DNA from: Podarcis muralis
Taxonomy: Eukaryota
Length of the DNA stretch: 64,000 nt
Direction of reading: 5' to 3'
NCBI RefSeq assembly: GCF_964188315.1
Contig: NC_135656.1
Location: 60,388,001-60,452,000, forward strand
This document shows positions 38,497 through 51,431 of this stretch, in pieces. The notes under the pieces are model-generated. The model made no database searches and was not told the DNA's origin. It was given only the letters and a program-made list of their open reading frames with translations. The position numbers and the translations under genes are program-made. Position 1 is the stretch's first letter. The number at the start of each line of letters is the position of its first letter.

Positions 38497-39983
38497 CTGG
38501 CAAGCCATAAAAACACATCACAAAGTCAGGGACCGCCAAACACTTTCAGATTACAATTGGTGTGTTTCTTTGGAACACTGACACACACATTGTCCTACCA
38601 AGCATTTAACAACAGGAGCAAAGAGTGGACTGTCAAACACAACGACAAAATTGGAAACATATACATGCCCATTTACTTTAACATTATGCTTTTATATGTC
38701 ATTATGCATAAAGGTCCCACTGATCTCAGTTGCTCACCATGAGACCATTACGGAAAGAGTTCCTCTTTATTTAGAGCTGCCTGATTTAAGATTTTGAATG
38801 AAGAGCTGCTCTGCATTAACACAGCAGTCCCAAGACTTGGCTCAATAAAATGTTGGACAAATGGTAACTTTCAAATTAATTACTTAAGCTGCTCATAACA
38901 GATTTAATAACTGCTTTCTCCCTCGTTTTACATGAGGAATCTTTTAGGGAGGCACATCCAGTCTTCACCTTTAAACTAAAGGAAGTTGTACCCGTTTAGA
39001 CATATTGAAAAGCCAAAATGTTTGTTAGGACATTGCGTTAACTGACACGTGATCCACTGATGCAGCATCAGAAGCTGGACAAAGGCAAAGCTTTCTCAAA
39101 CCGAGCAATACTAAAGCAGTGGAAGAGGGAGACTCCAAGGTAGAGAGACCTCCAAATTCCAAACTGTCCCCCCCCCTTCATTTCTTTGTTTACCAGCTGC
39201 TGGTCTCAATGGATGGCAACGTACGTATGCTAGTTCTGGAGCTGGTTTACTCTTTTCCCTAATCTAGATTGGGCACACTATCCACCCCTTGAATGCCCAC
39301 TTGTTGCAACTACTTCCACTGAAGAACTGGATGGTGCACCAGCAAGGACAGCAGAGGTTTCTATACCCACATCAGATAGGCTTGTGAGGGCAGATCAGTT
39401 GTATCCAGGGATACCTTAAATGCTCCAAAATAGAGAAAGGAATGTTTAAATTGGTTACAGGACAGTTAAGGGTCTGGCCAAAAGTCACCTAGCAGCTTTG
39501 TAGAATAAAGGCACAAGGTATGGACTTCCTTCTTCTCATTACACTGTTCCTTGGGAAAGTAATGATCACTTCATATATTACACTCACTACATGGAACCAA
39601 GATGCAAACAACATCCAAATGGCATTTTCAATCTGCTACTGTAATGGGTAGCAAAGTTCATCAGATGGTTCTTCTGGATCACACCGTAAGTGTCCATTCC
39701 ATCTCCAATTGCTGGATGAAAATATTCTCCATGCATTTCATAAAAAGAGCTACTTGGTACAGCCTTAATGGTGAATCAACAACGGGAGAAAACAACATAG
39801 ATGTGATGTTTCAAACCATTTCTACATGCTAGCCCAATCCACACTTGGTGATACACAATAAACATAAAGAGCGTTTTCCTGTTTTGCTTCCCCCTTAGTG
39901 CAGCAAACCTCCATGATCTCTGACTCGGCATCATCTCTGAACCAGGGATTATGATTTGATTCACTCAAAACAAACCATGGTTA

Positions 39984-40135
39984 AATAAATTTTTAAAAAT
40001 TGTCCAGTAGCATCTTAGAGACCAGCATGAAAGCTTATACCCAGAACAAACTTAATTGGTCTCTAAGGTGCTACTGGACAATTTTTTTATTTATTTTGAC
40101 TGCGTCAGACCAACACAGCTACCTACCTGAATCTA
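39984..40135 (+). mobile_element. Penelope-like element 3' end with inverted 5' duplication
   Basis: GAAAGCTTATACC...TGGTCTCTAAGGTGCTACTGGAC...CAGACCAACACAGCTACCTACCTGAATCT; arms 39995-40024 and 40057-40086 are inverted (29/30); flanks AAACCATGGTTA/AAATCATGGTTA. Confidence 0.7.
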
Positions 40136-40599
40136 AAATCATGGTTAGTAAGCCAAGAACAAGCCTTGGTTTAATATCATGTTCTGTTGGGAATAAAACA
40201 AACCACTATCCCTGGTTTGGATGTGTCAGTAAACCAGGGATTGTGGCCTGTAATGACTACCTGTCCTTTGAGAGAAGAAGCACAAGAGTCATCTATGAAT
40301 TCACAGTAAACATATTAACTATTGCTAATCATAGCCTGTGGATACTGCCTGCACATGTAAGCCACAAAACTTGCACCTTAAAGGTAAACTATTGTAACTA
40401 CAAAATCCTTTAAAAAAAAAAAAAAAGCTCAAGCTCATCACTTCCTGACAGAAATGGAAGAGTTGTTTTATCAGTTTTGTAAATTACAAAATATACAGTC
40501 AAATTAATTTACTAGTTACCACTATCCAAGCTAAATGGGGTTAGGGGGGGTAGATTTCAGCATATTGACTGCAAGCTTAAGGATCAGGATAAAGGATAT

Positions 40600-40600
<1 letters not shown>

Positions 40601-40652
<52 letters not shown>

Positions 40653-40976
40653 TTATTATTTATACTCCGCCCATCTGTCTGGGTTTCCCCAGCCACTCTG
40701 GGAGGCTTCCAACAGAATATTAAAATAGTCTATTAAACATTAAAAGTGTCCCTAAACAGGGCTGCCTTCAGATGTCTTCTAAAAGTCTGGTAGTTGTTTT
40801 TCTCTTTGACATCTGGTGGGAGGGCGTTCCACAGGGCGTGTGCCACTACCGAGAAGGCCCTCTGCCTGGTTCCCTGTAACTTGGCTTCTCGCAGTGAGGG
40901 AACCACCAGAAGGCCCTCGGCACTGGACCTCAGTGTCTGGGCAGAACGATGGGTGTGGAGACGCTCCTTCAGGTAT
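40601..40976 (-). mobile_element. L2 LINE 3' fragment with (TAT)n tail
   Basis: Reverse complement closely matches about 57175-57549; (TAA)n run 40601-40651. Confidence 0.93.
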
Positions 40977-42618
40977 GCTCATAAATTGTACTTTCCATGA
41001 ATCAATTCTGTAGCTTCATGTTTGATGAATTTATCTAGGTCAAAATATTTTCCTGCTTCTGAGGTTGTCCTGAGGACTTACGTCAACTGAAAATACCAAG
41101 TAAATTCTCTAACTTAAAAACAGAACTAATACCGAAACTAAAGTTAAATGCACAATCTTAAGTTTCTAAAGCTATTATAAAATTGTAATTTATTACCTAA
41201 AGCAGTTATATGTTAAATGCAGCTATAAACATTTGGAAACATCTTGCTTTGCCAAGTCCTAAACTAAATTCCCACTTAAATCCAAAATGATAAGTAGATT
41301 AAAGGGAAAACGGAAATAGGTAACCCTCAAGAATTTTAAGCACATCTAATATCAAGGGGGCTGGGAGCAGAATCATTATTTCCTTAAACCATCCGCAGTG
41401 CAGAAAAAGTTTACCCTTTCCAACAGGCATATGAGACAAATTTCCAATGGCTTTAGGCACTTAACGGCAACATATGTTTTAAGAAAAGCATGATAGTATC
41501 TAAGTACAAGTATCTCTTTATACCTAAGCCAACTTCCAAAAGGTAGCATAATACTAAGGTTGAAAATTGTTCTAGAGAAAGCAAAACCAGAAAGCTGTAA
41601 TTTGCATAAAATTTGGGCATGTTTACTTAGGAAAGATTGTGCACATTCAAATGTTGCAAATAAAGGTGGGGGAGATAGTTTCCACTTTTTAAAAGCACCT
41701 TGGGATGCTGGGACAAATACAGTCATGCTAGAATGGGATAGTGATATGGGAGTGAGGTTTTTACTGGCCACACCTAGAAGTTTCTACTAACAGCAGAAAA
41801 TAATTTCTACTAGTAATACAGTTGGTTTTTTTGGAACACAGAATTTATCTTTTTGTCATGTAATAAAATAAGGTCCCCAAATACAAGCTTCCTGAAAACA
41901 TACTTCTAACAAGCATCTATGCCAAGAAAAAGAGTTGACTGATTCAACACACGTCACTGAAACAGAAGCCTATACAGTTATTATGGAAATTCATAGATGA
42001 AAGATGGAACGGCCCAAAACAAGGCTGCAGTGGCATCATACATCATATGAAGAAGAAATATATTCAGATTTACAAACTTTGAGGTCAACATTATCCTGAA
42101 CTGTGAATCTCCAGTCTGTGATGCATCATGGCTTAGTAAGAATTTAAGAGGAACACAAGGACTGGGGAAACAGGGGTGACCAATTGCCTCAGATGTGCCT
42201 TTCATAGCTCCCTGCTTTATTTAATTAGGTCCAAATGTGCCTTTATCTCATTTTTCTAGTCCTCAGGGCCAAAATTTACCGGTAATACTAGCAAGAGGCA
42301 TAGTCTTCCTCTGACCTTTTAGTCTGCTGCTGATTCATGTTAACTTGTAAACAACTGCAACTAATTGTACACACACAGGCATCTGTTCTTTCTTGCCTGC
42401 CGTCTTCAGTCTTATTTCCTATGCCCTCAACTATGTTTCCTTCGACCAACACGGCCACCTAACTAAATATTTCTCTCCAAGGAAATTGTCCGCCGTATCA
42501 CATAGGCAGTCATCCTCTGCCCCTAAAAGTAGCAAGAGCAAGGGAGAAGGCCTGGAGAATGGGAGAAGGGGCTGCAGATCAGCAATAAAGTACCGTACTA
42601 GTTTTCCAGACAGGTGGA

Positions 42619-42760
42619 CCAAGCTTCAATCCTGGGCATCTTGAAGTAGGGCTGGGAATGCCCCCTGCTTGAAACCCTGGAGAGCCACTGCTAGTCAGTG
42701 TAGACAATATTGAGCCAGATGGAGTTATAGTCTGACTCAGTAGAAGGCAGCTTCCTATGT
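42619..42760 (+). mobile_element. tRNA(Ala)-like SINE, 5'-truncated (Squam2-like)
   Basis: TTCAATCCTGGGCATC...GAAACCCTGGAGAGCCACTGCTAGTCAGTGTAGACAATATTGAG...GTCTGACTCAGTAGAAGGCAGCTTCCTATGT. Confidence 0.75.
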
Positions 42761-45700
42761 AACTGCTTCTGTCCCTCTGCTTTGCTCCACACTGCCTCAT
42801 CATCATGCTGGAGCATTATTGTGCTCCCAAATCCTCGGTTTGCCCATTTATGCAAATCAGACATGCTGACCATACTGAAGTTGCTTCATTAGCATATCTG
42901 ATTTGTTTGATTTGATCAATTATTTAATTTATATGCCGCTTAATATGTCTAAGCGGTGTAGAAAAACCTGAAGCAACAGACAACAAACAAAATATTACCA
43001 AAAATTATCCATTCATATTCCTTCTGACACACCCTCTCTCTTAGTCTCCTGGTTCTCAGCCAGGATCCAACAAGCTCAGCTCACCCACAAAAGTCTCACG
43101 ACGAGAAGAATACCTAGAAACAGTAGTCATCAACCTAGTCTCTCACTCTAGACTTGCTTTTTACGGGCAAACACAAGCTGGATGGGCAAACTCAGGCTGC
43201 TCATAACTGTGTCCTATTTGGCTGCAGTCTCCACACCCAGTTCCAGGTGCAGCAGGTTTGTTGAGTTTCCCAGGGAGTGCGGGATGAGAAATGGGGCCCC
43301 CTTCCACACACACACATCTCTTTCTTCACCCTCTGTCCTCTCCTCCTCCTCCAGTTGCTTTCCAACGTATTTCCAAAATATAGCTCAACCTCTGCTTCTG
43401 TCAGATTGCACATATTGAAGAAAACGGCCAACCAATGATATTCTCAGTACTAAACATAGTTTTCACTTTTGGAAGAAGGAATTCAATCATGCATTCTAAT
43501 TCTTTCTTCTGTGAATACAAAAAGGAACACTACAACAGTAATGTCACAGAACTGACACTGAATCCATAGATTCCCCCCCCCCCCCATCAAGTCACCTGTA
43601 GAGCAGCTACTTTACTGATGCAAATATGTTCACAGATAATAGGACAAATAGATCTGAAGGAAAAAAAATGCTCTGATTCTTATTTGTGACACCATTTCAG
43701 TACTACTCAGTTCATATAGTAATGTAAACATTTCTAATTTTTAAAAAAATCTAACAAAAAACATCTTCCATAAGAGAAAAAAAAAGGTGGGTTTCTGTTT
43801 TGTTACTGATCTGCTTTCTGACTTTTACATTCAACAGGACACAGTTGATACTAAACATCATATGTGCTGACATACCTGAACATAATTAACATCCACCAAG
43901 GCAGAAGCGGGATGTCACAACAGAAGTAGCAATAAACTAAACTACTTGATGCTGCCTCTGTTTACAACATTGTTCTAGTGAGACATGAGTAGAAGATTTC
44001 TTTCAGATGTGTGCAGTGCATGCAAATACAACTACTTGAACATTTTGGACACTTCAAGGCCACAGCACGAAATGATGGATCTCTTATGACTGATACTGTC
44101 ATTTGCATGCAAAATTAAAATGTGAAGCCATAACATGCAGTCTGCAATGTGTTACAGTATCTTAATTTAAAGAGACAAATGTATATTCATTTATAAACTG
44201 AGAATCATAGAAAATTTAAGCCAAACTTACTGATTGCAAGGAATTAAGTGAGGGGGGGGGGCTTCGTTTTTTATTTTCCTCCCCAGCCCCCATCCCATTC
44301 ACAAACCCAACTATGGAATATCAAATAAATCTGCCTTATTTGAGGAATCAGACAGGATGAAATCTATAAGCCACCAAGGGAACATATTACATAATAGGAA
44401 CAAACAAAGGGCAACCTTTTCTTCTAAGATCCATATGGCAGATCTGGGTTTGGATACTCAGTGTTCCCTAAAGAAGGGGAACTCCCAAGGAGAATGGAAT
44501 ATCTGAGTCAAGATCAGCCATGCATGTCTGAAAGACTTTCCTTCAGTTCTCTCCCTCTCTCTCAAGTCTAGTTACTGCGGTCTTCACTAACCCAAAAAGC
44601 GCACTTCTCCAAAAACATTTATTAACAGTTTTAGAAAGAGGTAGCAAATTAGAAGAACCTGCCCAGCAGTTATTAAGTATCTTCATCAGTTACAGCATTA
44701 GTTGACTTCTATTATTTACTTAAAATACTTTCTGCTTAACCATGGTTGCTGTAGCTGTGGAACCAGTGTGGTGTAGCACCCAATGGCCCACACTCCTGTT
44801 CAATGATGAAAATCACTGGGTAATTCTGAAGACGTCACCATCTCATCTTAAGAGGGTGGTTGTGAGAATAATACATCTGGGTCTAGGCTTCTTGAAAGAA
44901 GGCTAGAATAAACATTAACAGATTAAATAAACAGTAGAAATAGACAGTAACACCCCCACCCAACAGGCTGTGTATAGAGTTACACACACACAGGAGGTTT
45001 TCACATACCCTTCCACTTCAGCCCTTCTCACTCTTGAAAGCGGCTTCTGAAAATAAGGTGACCCTCTGGAGTGAGATTCAACATGGAATGATGGGGGCTG
45101 CATTTGGAAAGGAAAACAAACAACCTCCCTTTCTGCAGCTCACAGCATCTTAACTATTATTGGGAACCTCAGTGTTCATTTATATAAACGTTCTATATAC
45201 TGCACGTCAGGAGCAAAACTAGGCATTATTTTATCCAGGTCAGTTTGGCACCCTCACCATGTGCAATTGCGTACACACACACACCACACACACAGGCTGG
45301 GAGCCTCAATGGCACCCCTTGAGAGGCTTCATCTAGGGCTAAAAGCACAGCTAGACTTCACCCCTTAACTATGGCACTGCTGCAAATATTGAACATGGGT
45401 AGTATACCCTCCATAATATTGAATTATTCCATTGTTTCCATGAGAGAGACTTCCACTAGAAATTACATATGTGCTTAAAAGGTAGTAAAACATTTCCACC
45501 AAAAATGCCGATGAAAGACTCTAATGATACCATCCCTGCTATATATAAGAAGTTAAAATACTGACAGAAGCCAGCTCTACTCAGCACAGCACAATAGCAG
45601 TTTTATGAGCAGAAAACCATCTGAAAGCCTTTATAAGGTTGGGCTGCTATCATCACACAGATATTAGCTGCAGAAAAGAATCTGGTAATCAGTTGTATTT

Positions 45701-46305
45701 ATTTAATAGCAACCATACTTAGCAACCATCTCCCATAATATTAAGAATACAATATAATTATGTAATTCATAAAGGAAGCTCCATATAATTAGTACATTAT
45801 ATACTTTTATTTAGGAGTGTGTTCCTTCTTTACTATTTTAACTTTCAAAAATGACACACATTTCATTATTTTCCTTACCAAATAAATTTGTACTGAGTTT
45901 TGCTTTCATATTTTTTAAGTGAACATACACCACAAGGTGTCTCCATTGGCTTATTTGCTTAAGAAATGAATCAGTGATGAGTTAATTAATTATTTTTTTT
46001 TTAATATCCTGCCTTTCTCCCAGTGCCGGACCCAAGAAAGCTCACAGCATAAATTAAAAGGGATACAACAAAAACAAACACAATAAATATGATATTAAAA
46101 ACAATTAAGTAACAGCACTGTAAATACTTAAAACCATTAAAATGACCATGCACACACAGAGAGAGACAAAGACACAGAGTTTGAATTGCTTTCTGTCAGG
46201 GTACTTGGAAAAGTCCAATCAAACGCATGTAATGGGAGACTGGCTAGCCTGGTCAGTTTGGAAGTCATGGGTTTTATTCTTCTAAAGGAGGCAGTAGCAA
46301 AGCTT

Positions 46306-46507
46306 TTGTTGTTGTTTAGTCGTTTAGTCGTGTCCGACTCTTCGTGACCCCATGGACCAGAGCACGCCAGGCACCTCTGTCCTCCACTACCTCCCACAGT
46401 TTGGTCAAACTCATGCTGGTAACCTCGAAAACACTATCCAACCATCTCATCCTCTGTCGCCCCCTTCTCCTTGTGCCCTCCATCTTTCCCAGCATCAGTG
46501 TCTTCTC
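46306..46507 (-). mobile_element. Bov-B LINE short 3' fragment
   Basis: Matches the last about 200 bp of the other Bov-B copies, including the tail. Confidence 0.93.
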
Positions 46508-46534
46508 AACTGATTAGAGATTGCACCATTTGTG

Positions 46535-46760
46535 CACAAGGTTCTGAAGTGGTTAGTGGCATGCCACCTCCAAGCATTCTTTGATAATGCTGATTATCCA
46601 CCCTGTTAATCTCTAGACTCTCGCCTGGTTTGGGATGGAGACTACCCTGTTCACACTGATGAATGATCTATGCTCCCAAAATACAAAGACATATGACCCT
46701 ATTAATTTTCTTGAAATGTTCAGCCACATTTGACAGAGTCTATCATAGTATCCATTTAGT
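46535..46760 (+). mobile_element. Old L2 RT relic
   Basis: Degenerate QAFLD-ADY...GF...ETAL..LVDDL-like stretch (CAAGCATTCTTTGATAATGCTGATTAT...GCCTGGTTTGGGATGGAGACTACCCTG). Confidence 0.5.
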
Positions 46761-47189
46761 ACTGTCTGAGTTAGGAGCAGGTGGCTCTACTTTTCAATGG
46801 TTCTACACTTTCCTGAAATCTAACCCTGCATGAATTATATTTTTGTCTCCCATGCCCTTCCAACATCCGAATTCATTCACAGCATACGCACACCATCCTT
46901 CAGAGAAGATTCCAGGCCCATTTACATATGAGAGCTTCAACAGAAACAAGACATATAAATCAGCATAAAAACAAACATTTATGTATCTATATCTACACAC
47001 ACACACTCAGGGTCTGGGAAAATAAAAACACTTTGGCACCTAAATGTAACAAGAGGGAGAGATTTCCACAAATGGGGCATCATCACATTACTTTCCCTGA
47101 CTGCCACCTCTGATGGTGGAGAAACCTGAAGGAAGACATTGGCAGATGATCTTAACATTTGGACAGGTTGATATGGGATTAAGTGTAAA

Positions 47190-47520
47190 CCTGTGACCCA
47201 AGCTGCTTAGGTTAACACCTTAACCTTGAATAGGACCCTAAAACAAAAAATATATGTTCTCAGTGAGTTGCTCCAATGAAGTATTGAAGCCACGTTCTGT
47301 ATTGGTTTCTGTTTGCAAGAGGTTATCAGCAGATGGATGACTGTGGCCTGGCTGTCCCTGTCCAGGAGTGGCTGCATTTGGTTTACCAACCTCATCTAGT
47401 AAAATACCCTGCATGTCACTGAAGACACTGGGCCTCCAGTGTCAAATCTGTATCAAGGAACATCCCCAAACGACAAGTCTGCAAAACTGATCCTTCAGGA
47501 GGAGTGCAACCTCATCCAGA
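47190..47520 (-). mobile_element. Old L2 RT relic
   Basis: Minus ORF 47207-47395 (LVNQMQPLLDRDSQATVIHLLITS...QNVAS..LHW...FRVLFKVKVLT) aligns by eye to the 56166-57218 protein. Confidence 0.7.
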
Positions 47521-50092
47521 ACAGAATCCCTCCTCCCCAAAAAAGAAATACCCAGCCATAGTACCTCTGTTTTACCAGGGTTTTCAGTTTATTGATCCTC
47601 ATCTAGCCCTTTACCAATCTTATGCACAGCAATTTAATCACCTGAACTGATTTGGGGATTTCAGGATTCTTAACTGCATTATAGTTTATTCAGGTGAGAA
47701 CCTATGTTTAAAAATGTTATTGGGATTAAAAATTATTCTTAAGACTTCTCAAAGATTTTAAAATTCAAAATCTGTAAAAACGCTATGGGAAAATATTTTG
47801 AAGAAAGCAGACTAAAGCATTCATTCACTTGTCCTTTGACATTCCTTTTCTCCCAACATTACAGTGTAATTTCCTCTCAAAGGTATTCTTTATCACTGGA
47901 GATTAAAGACACATTCTGGTGCTGTTTGATTTGGCCTTTGCTCAGATAAACAAGTAAACTGCAAGACTGCCGAAGTCAACAATTAGGATCAGGCAAACTG
48001 ACAGCCCCCAAGATAAAATTAAGCAGGTCACAGTCTGCTTTATTTCATTTTCTTACAAATCCTGGAACATAGCTATAAAGATTTATTTATGCACCATAAT
48101 TTTGCAGAGAAGGGGTACATCAAGAACCTCAGTGAAATGAAGAAAACTGAACACACAAAGGCACTATTTTCCTTACCCAACAGACTTCATCAATGAAAGA
48201 AAAAGCAGCACTCCAGGCTTCCATAAATGCACTCAGCAGTTCACCAATCATGAGAATGAATCTTTTCTTGATTATACTTCCACGTGAAAGACAATAAAGT
48301 GAAGGATCCTACTCTTGTTGAACTTGGAGGGGAAAGAACTCTCAGCCCAGAAAAAAAAAGAAGGATCTTGCCCTTCTCCCACTTTTCTGGCATGAGCAGA
48401 TGGTTTGGGAAGGGAGGGAAGAATCAGCCTCACACCCTGCAGTCAGAACCAAACTTGCTCAGAGCTCTTATTACTGCTTCTCCAAAGCATGGCACAGCAT
48501 GAAAGGCCCATCTTCCCTCTCAAGTACAGGACAGAATACTTTAGTTCACCCATGTGACAATGGACCAAAACAAGACTCAAAAGCAGCAAGACTCTCTTAG
48601 CACCAGGGATGCCAACTGGAATAAATACTGGGTGGGGCTGTTAATTGATCACAAGACGTCACACACAAACACACACACACCATTTGAATGGCAATGCCCA
48701 CTGACTGGGGCGGGCTGGAATATTTTATAGGGCGGGGAGTGAAAGGACTTTGGCCCTAGGAGTTGACTCCTATGTTTCTGAATGTGCCTCAGGCAATGAG
48801 AAGGGAGTAAATGATCCCATCTATCCAGAGCACTAGACTAAGGACTTGCTACTAAAGGCAAACTTGTAGCCTTCTAGAAAACCAAGAGTTCTCAACTCCT
48901 TTTCCTCCTTTCTAAAACATATGCAACAAGGAAAAATGGAAATTTTGATGTGCACATATGGATTGGACTGGAAAATGGATTGCATTTCAGAATCGTTATA
49001 CATCTGGAAAACTTCCATTGTAACATCTAAAGAAGTGTTTCATTAGGAACCAGTTCCTGTGTATATTAGGAGCCAATTCCCATGTATGTTCAAGGAACAG
49101 CTATTGAAATTACTTCAGTGGGCATATATACTAATGAAAATGGTTCAGCAGAATGATTCACTCATGTAGCCTGTTTCAAAACCATACCATCAGTTTATTT
49201 ACGAAGAACCAAATTCAATATTTTTTCTTGAACAGGATGTCGTGGATATAACCACACATTATTTTAACTACATTTTATTAAATTTCTTATGTATAAAATC
49301 ATTTGTGTGCCTCTTTTTGGGCATCTCCCACCTACTCCAATATCATAAAAACAATGCAATCTAAAAAGTAACAATGGTATTAATAACCTAAAACACAGGA
49401 TACTTAAAACCAATCACAAACATCAATACCCCTTCTAAAATAAATAAGGTCATTACTTAAGGAAGTTAGGAAAAAGTGGTCTGGAAAATATGGGCTTCAT
49501 AAGACCATTTCAAAAATTTGCAGCTCTGAGTCTATCTGCACCTCTTTGGGGAGGTAGTTCCACAATGTGACGCCACCCACAGAAAATGTCCTATAATGCA
49601 ATGTGGGAAAAGTGTGATGTCTACGAGCTGCAGTAAGCTTTAGGTTTGCACACTCCATCAACAAAGCTAGGACAAGTTAGGATGCATTTGCTTCCATTTT
49701 TAGTTGAAAGACTGTCTTCAGCCATATGTAGGGTTGCCACAAAGTTTTTGAGCTTTTTTTAAGAAGACCCCAAGATTGTTGAGCAGGCATGGGCTAGCAA
49801 ACACAAGAAGGAATACGCACTCAGCAGAGGGGGGGGGGCAGAGAGGCAGGCAGACAGACAGAAGGCAGGAAGGCAGTCCTGTCCCAGTGTTGTAAAACAA
49901 ATTAATGGAAAGCTCTTCTTTTCTTACAAAGAAGCCTCTTCTCTGTCTGATGGAGTACCATGTCAAAAACAGAAGTGTTCACCTCTGTTTCCTTTTTTAA
50001 AAGTAACATAATAAGTATGTTTTTAAAATGCAAAAATATTGGTCTTGGTTTTATTGGGTTGTTGAATTTTTAGCTACAGTTACTTATTGCAT

Positions 50093-50669
50093 AATTTCGT
50101 GGTGACAGCAGCCACGAAATTAAAAGACGCCTGCTTCTTGGGAGAAGGGCAATGACAGGCCTAGACAGCATCTTGAGAAGTAGAGACGTCACCTTGCCAA
50201 CAAAGGTCCGTATAGTTAAAGCCATGGTTTTCCCAGTAGTGATGTATGGAAGTGAGAGCTGGACCATAAAGAAGGCTGATCGCCGAAGAATTGATGCTTT
50301 TGAATTATGGTGCTGGAGGAGACTCTTGAGAGTCCCATGGACTGCAAGAAGATCAAACGCATCCATTCTTAAGGAAATCAGCCCTGAGTGCTCACTGGAA
50401 GGACAGATCATGAAGCTGAGGCTCCAGTACTTTGGCCACCTCATGAGAAGAGAAGACTCCCTGGAGAAGACACTGATGCTGGGAAAGATGGAGGGCACAA
50501 GGAGAAGGGGGTGACAGAGGACGAGATGGTTGGATAGTGTTTTTGAGGTTACCAGCATGAGTTTGACCAAACTGCAGGAGGTAGTGGAGGACAGAGGTGC
50601 CTGGCGTGCTCTGGTCCATGGGGTCACGAAGAGTCGGACACGACTAAATGACTAAACAACAACAACAAC
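50093..50669 (+). mobile_element. Bov-B LINE 3' fragment
   Basis: ORF 50152-50514 RT C-terminus; (CAA)n tail; 11-bp TSD ACTTATTGCAT (50082-50092, 50670-50680). Confidence 0.96.
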
Positions 50670-50831
50670 ACTTATTGCATCTTAATGCTAGAGCCAATAG
50701 ATAAGTATAAGTAAATCATAATTATAAGTGGGCTGGATGCATTTCTATTTTATTTATGCTGGTTCTTATCTGTTCTTAACATTTAGTTGTGCATGTGTGT
50801 GTGTAACCCTGTTGTTCTCTATATTACATAG

Positions 50832-51431
50832 TGTCATGGAACTGTCAGGCAAGGAATGTCCAGGGGGAGGAATTAGCTCTTTATTGTCAAAAGTGCACTT
50901 ACTAGTTAGGGAAAGGCATGTTCATCAGTCCTACATCTCTCAGCTACTCCTAGGTGTGCACCTGATGAGGCAGTTGCAGCAACAGAAAGGCCCCACCCCT
51001 GATCTCACCTTATGTACCCTACCCCCCGCCAAGCTATGGACAACCAGAAACAGACTACGCTTATGTGTAACCTGTTTCTGCTCACAGACTACGCTTATGT
51101 GTAACCTGTTTCTGCTCACAGACTACGCTTATGTGTAACCTGTTTCTGCTCCTTCTGCTTCAATTCTCTTCTGGTCCTGGGAGACAGTGGGGCAGGAGAA
51201 GAAGCCCTTGACTTCTATACCCACCTGACCTCTCCTTCCCTCCTACTTCATGCCACCTCCTCCTGTTCTTTACTCTCCAATCTTGCAGCTTCTCCTACCT
51301 CTGACTCTCGTCTCCCGGCTGTTACAGATTCCCCAGACCACCGATCCCTTCTTCCAAGTCAGTCCCCAACCCACAATGCCAATTCATAAGTATCCAGCCA
51401 CCACTCCTCAGTGTCCAGCCATTCCCTGACA
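50832..51431 (-). mobile_element. Solo LTR-like element, 600 bp
   Basis: TGTCA/TGACA termini, flanks CATAG/CATAC, AATAAA near the minus-strand 3' end, minus-strand start TGTCAGGGAATGGCTGGA similar to 31683. Confidence 0.7.
51051..51151. repeat. Perfect 34-bp tandem triplication inside the LTR
   Basis: CAGACTACGCTTATGTGTAACCTGTTTCTGCTCA x3 (third copy 33 bp), no spacers. Confidence 0.97.

Noticed and set aside
39570-39770. Open stretch AVPSSSFYEMHGEYFHPAIGDGMDTYG (minus) and ACC|GTAAGT donor (plus)
   Set aside because: Signals fall on opposite strands, acceptors are weak and no protein is recognised.
43868-43880. Another minus-strand CAG|GTATGT
   Set aside because: Much shorter AG-free zone and weak pyrimidine tract; compatible with chance.
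51051-51151. 34-bp repeats as a CRISPR array
   Set aside because: No spacers, eukaryotic context, inside an LTR.
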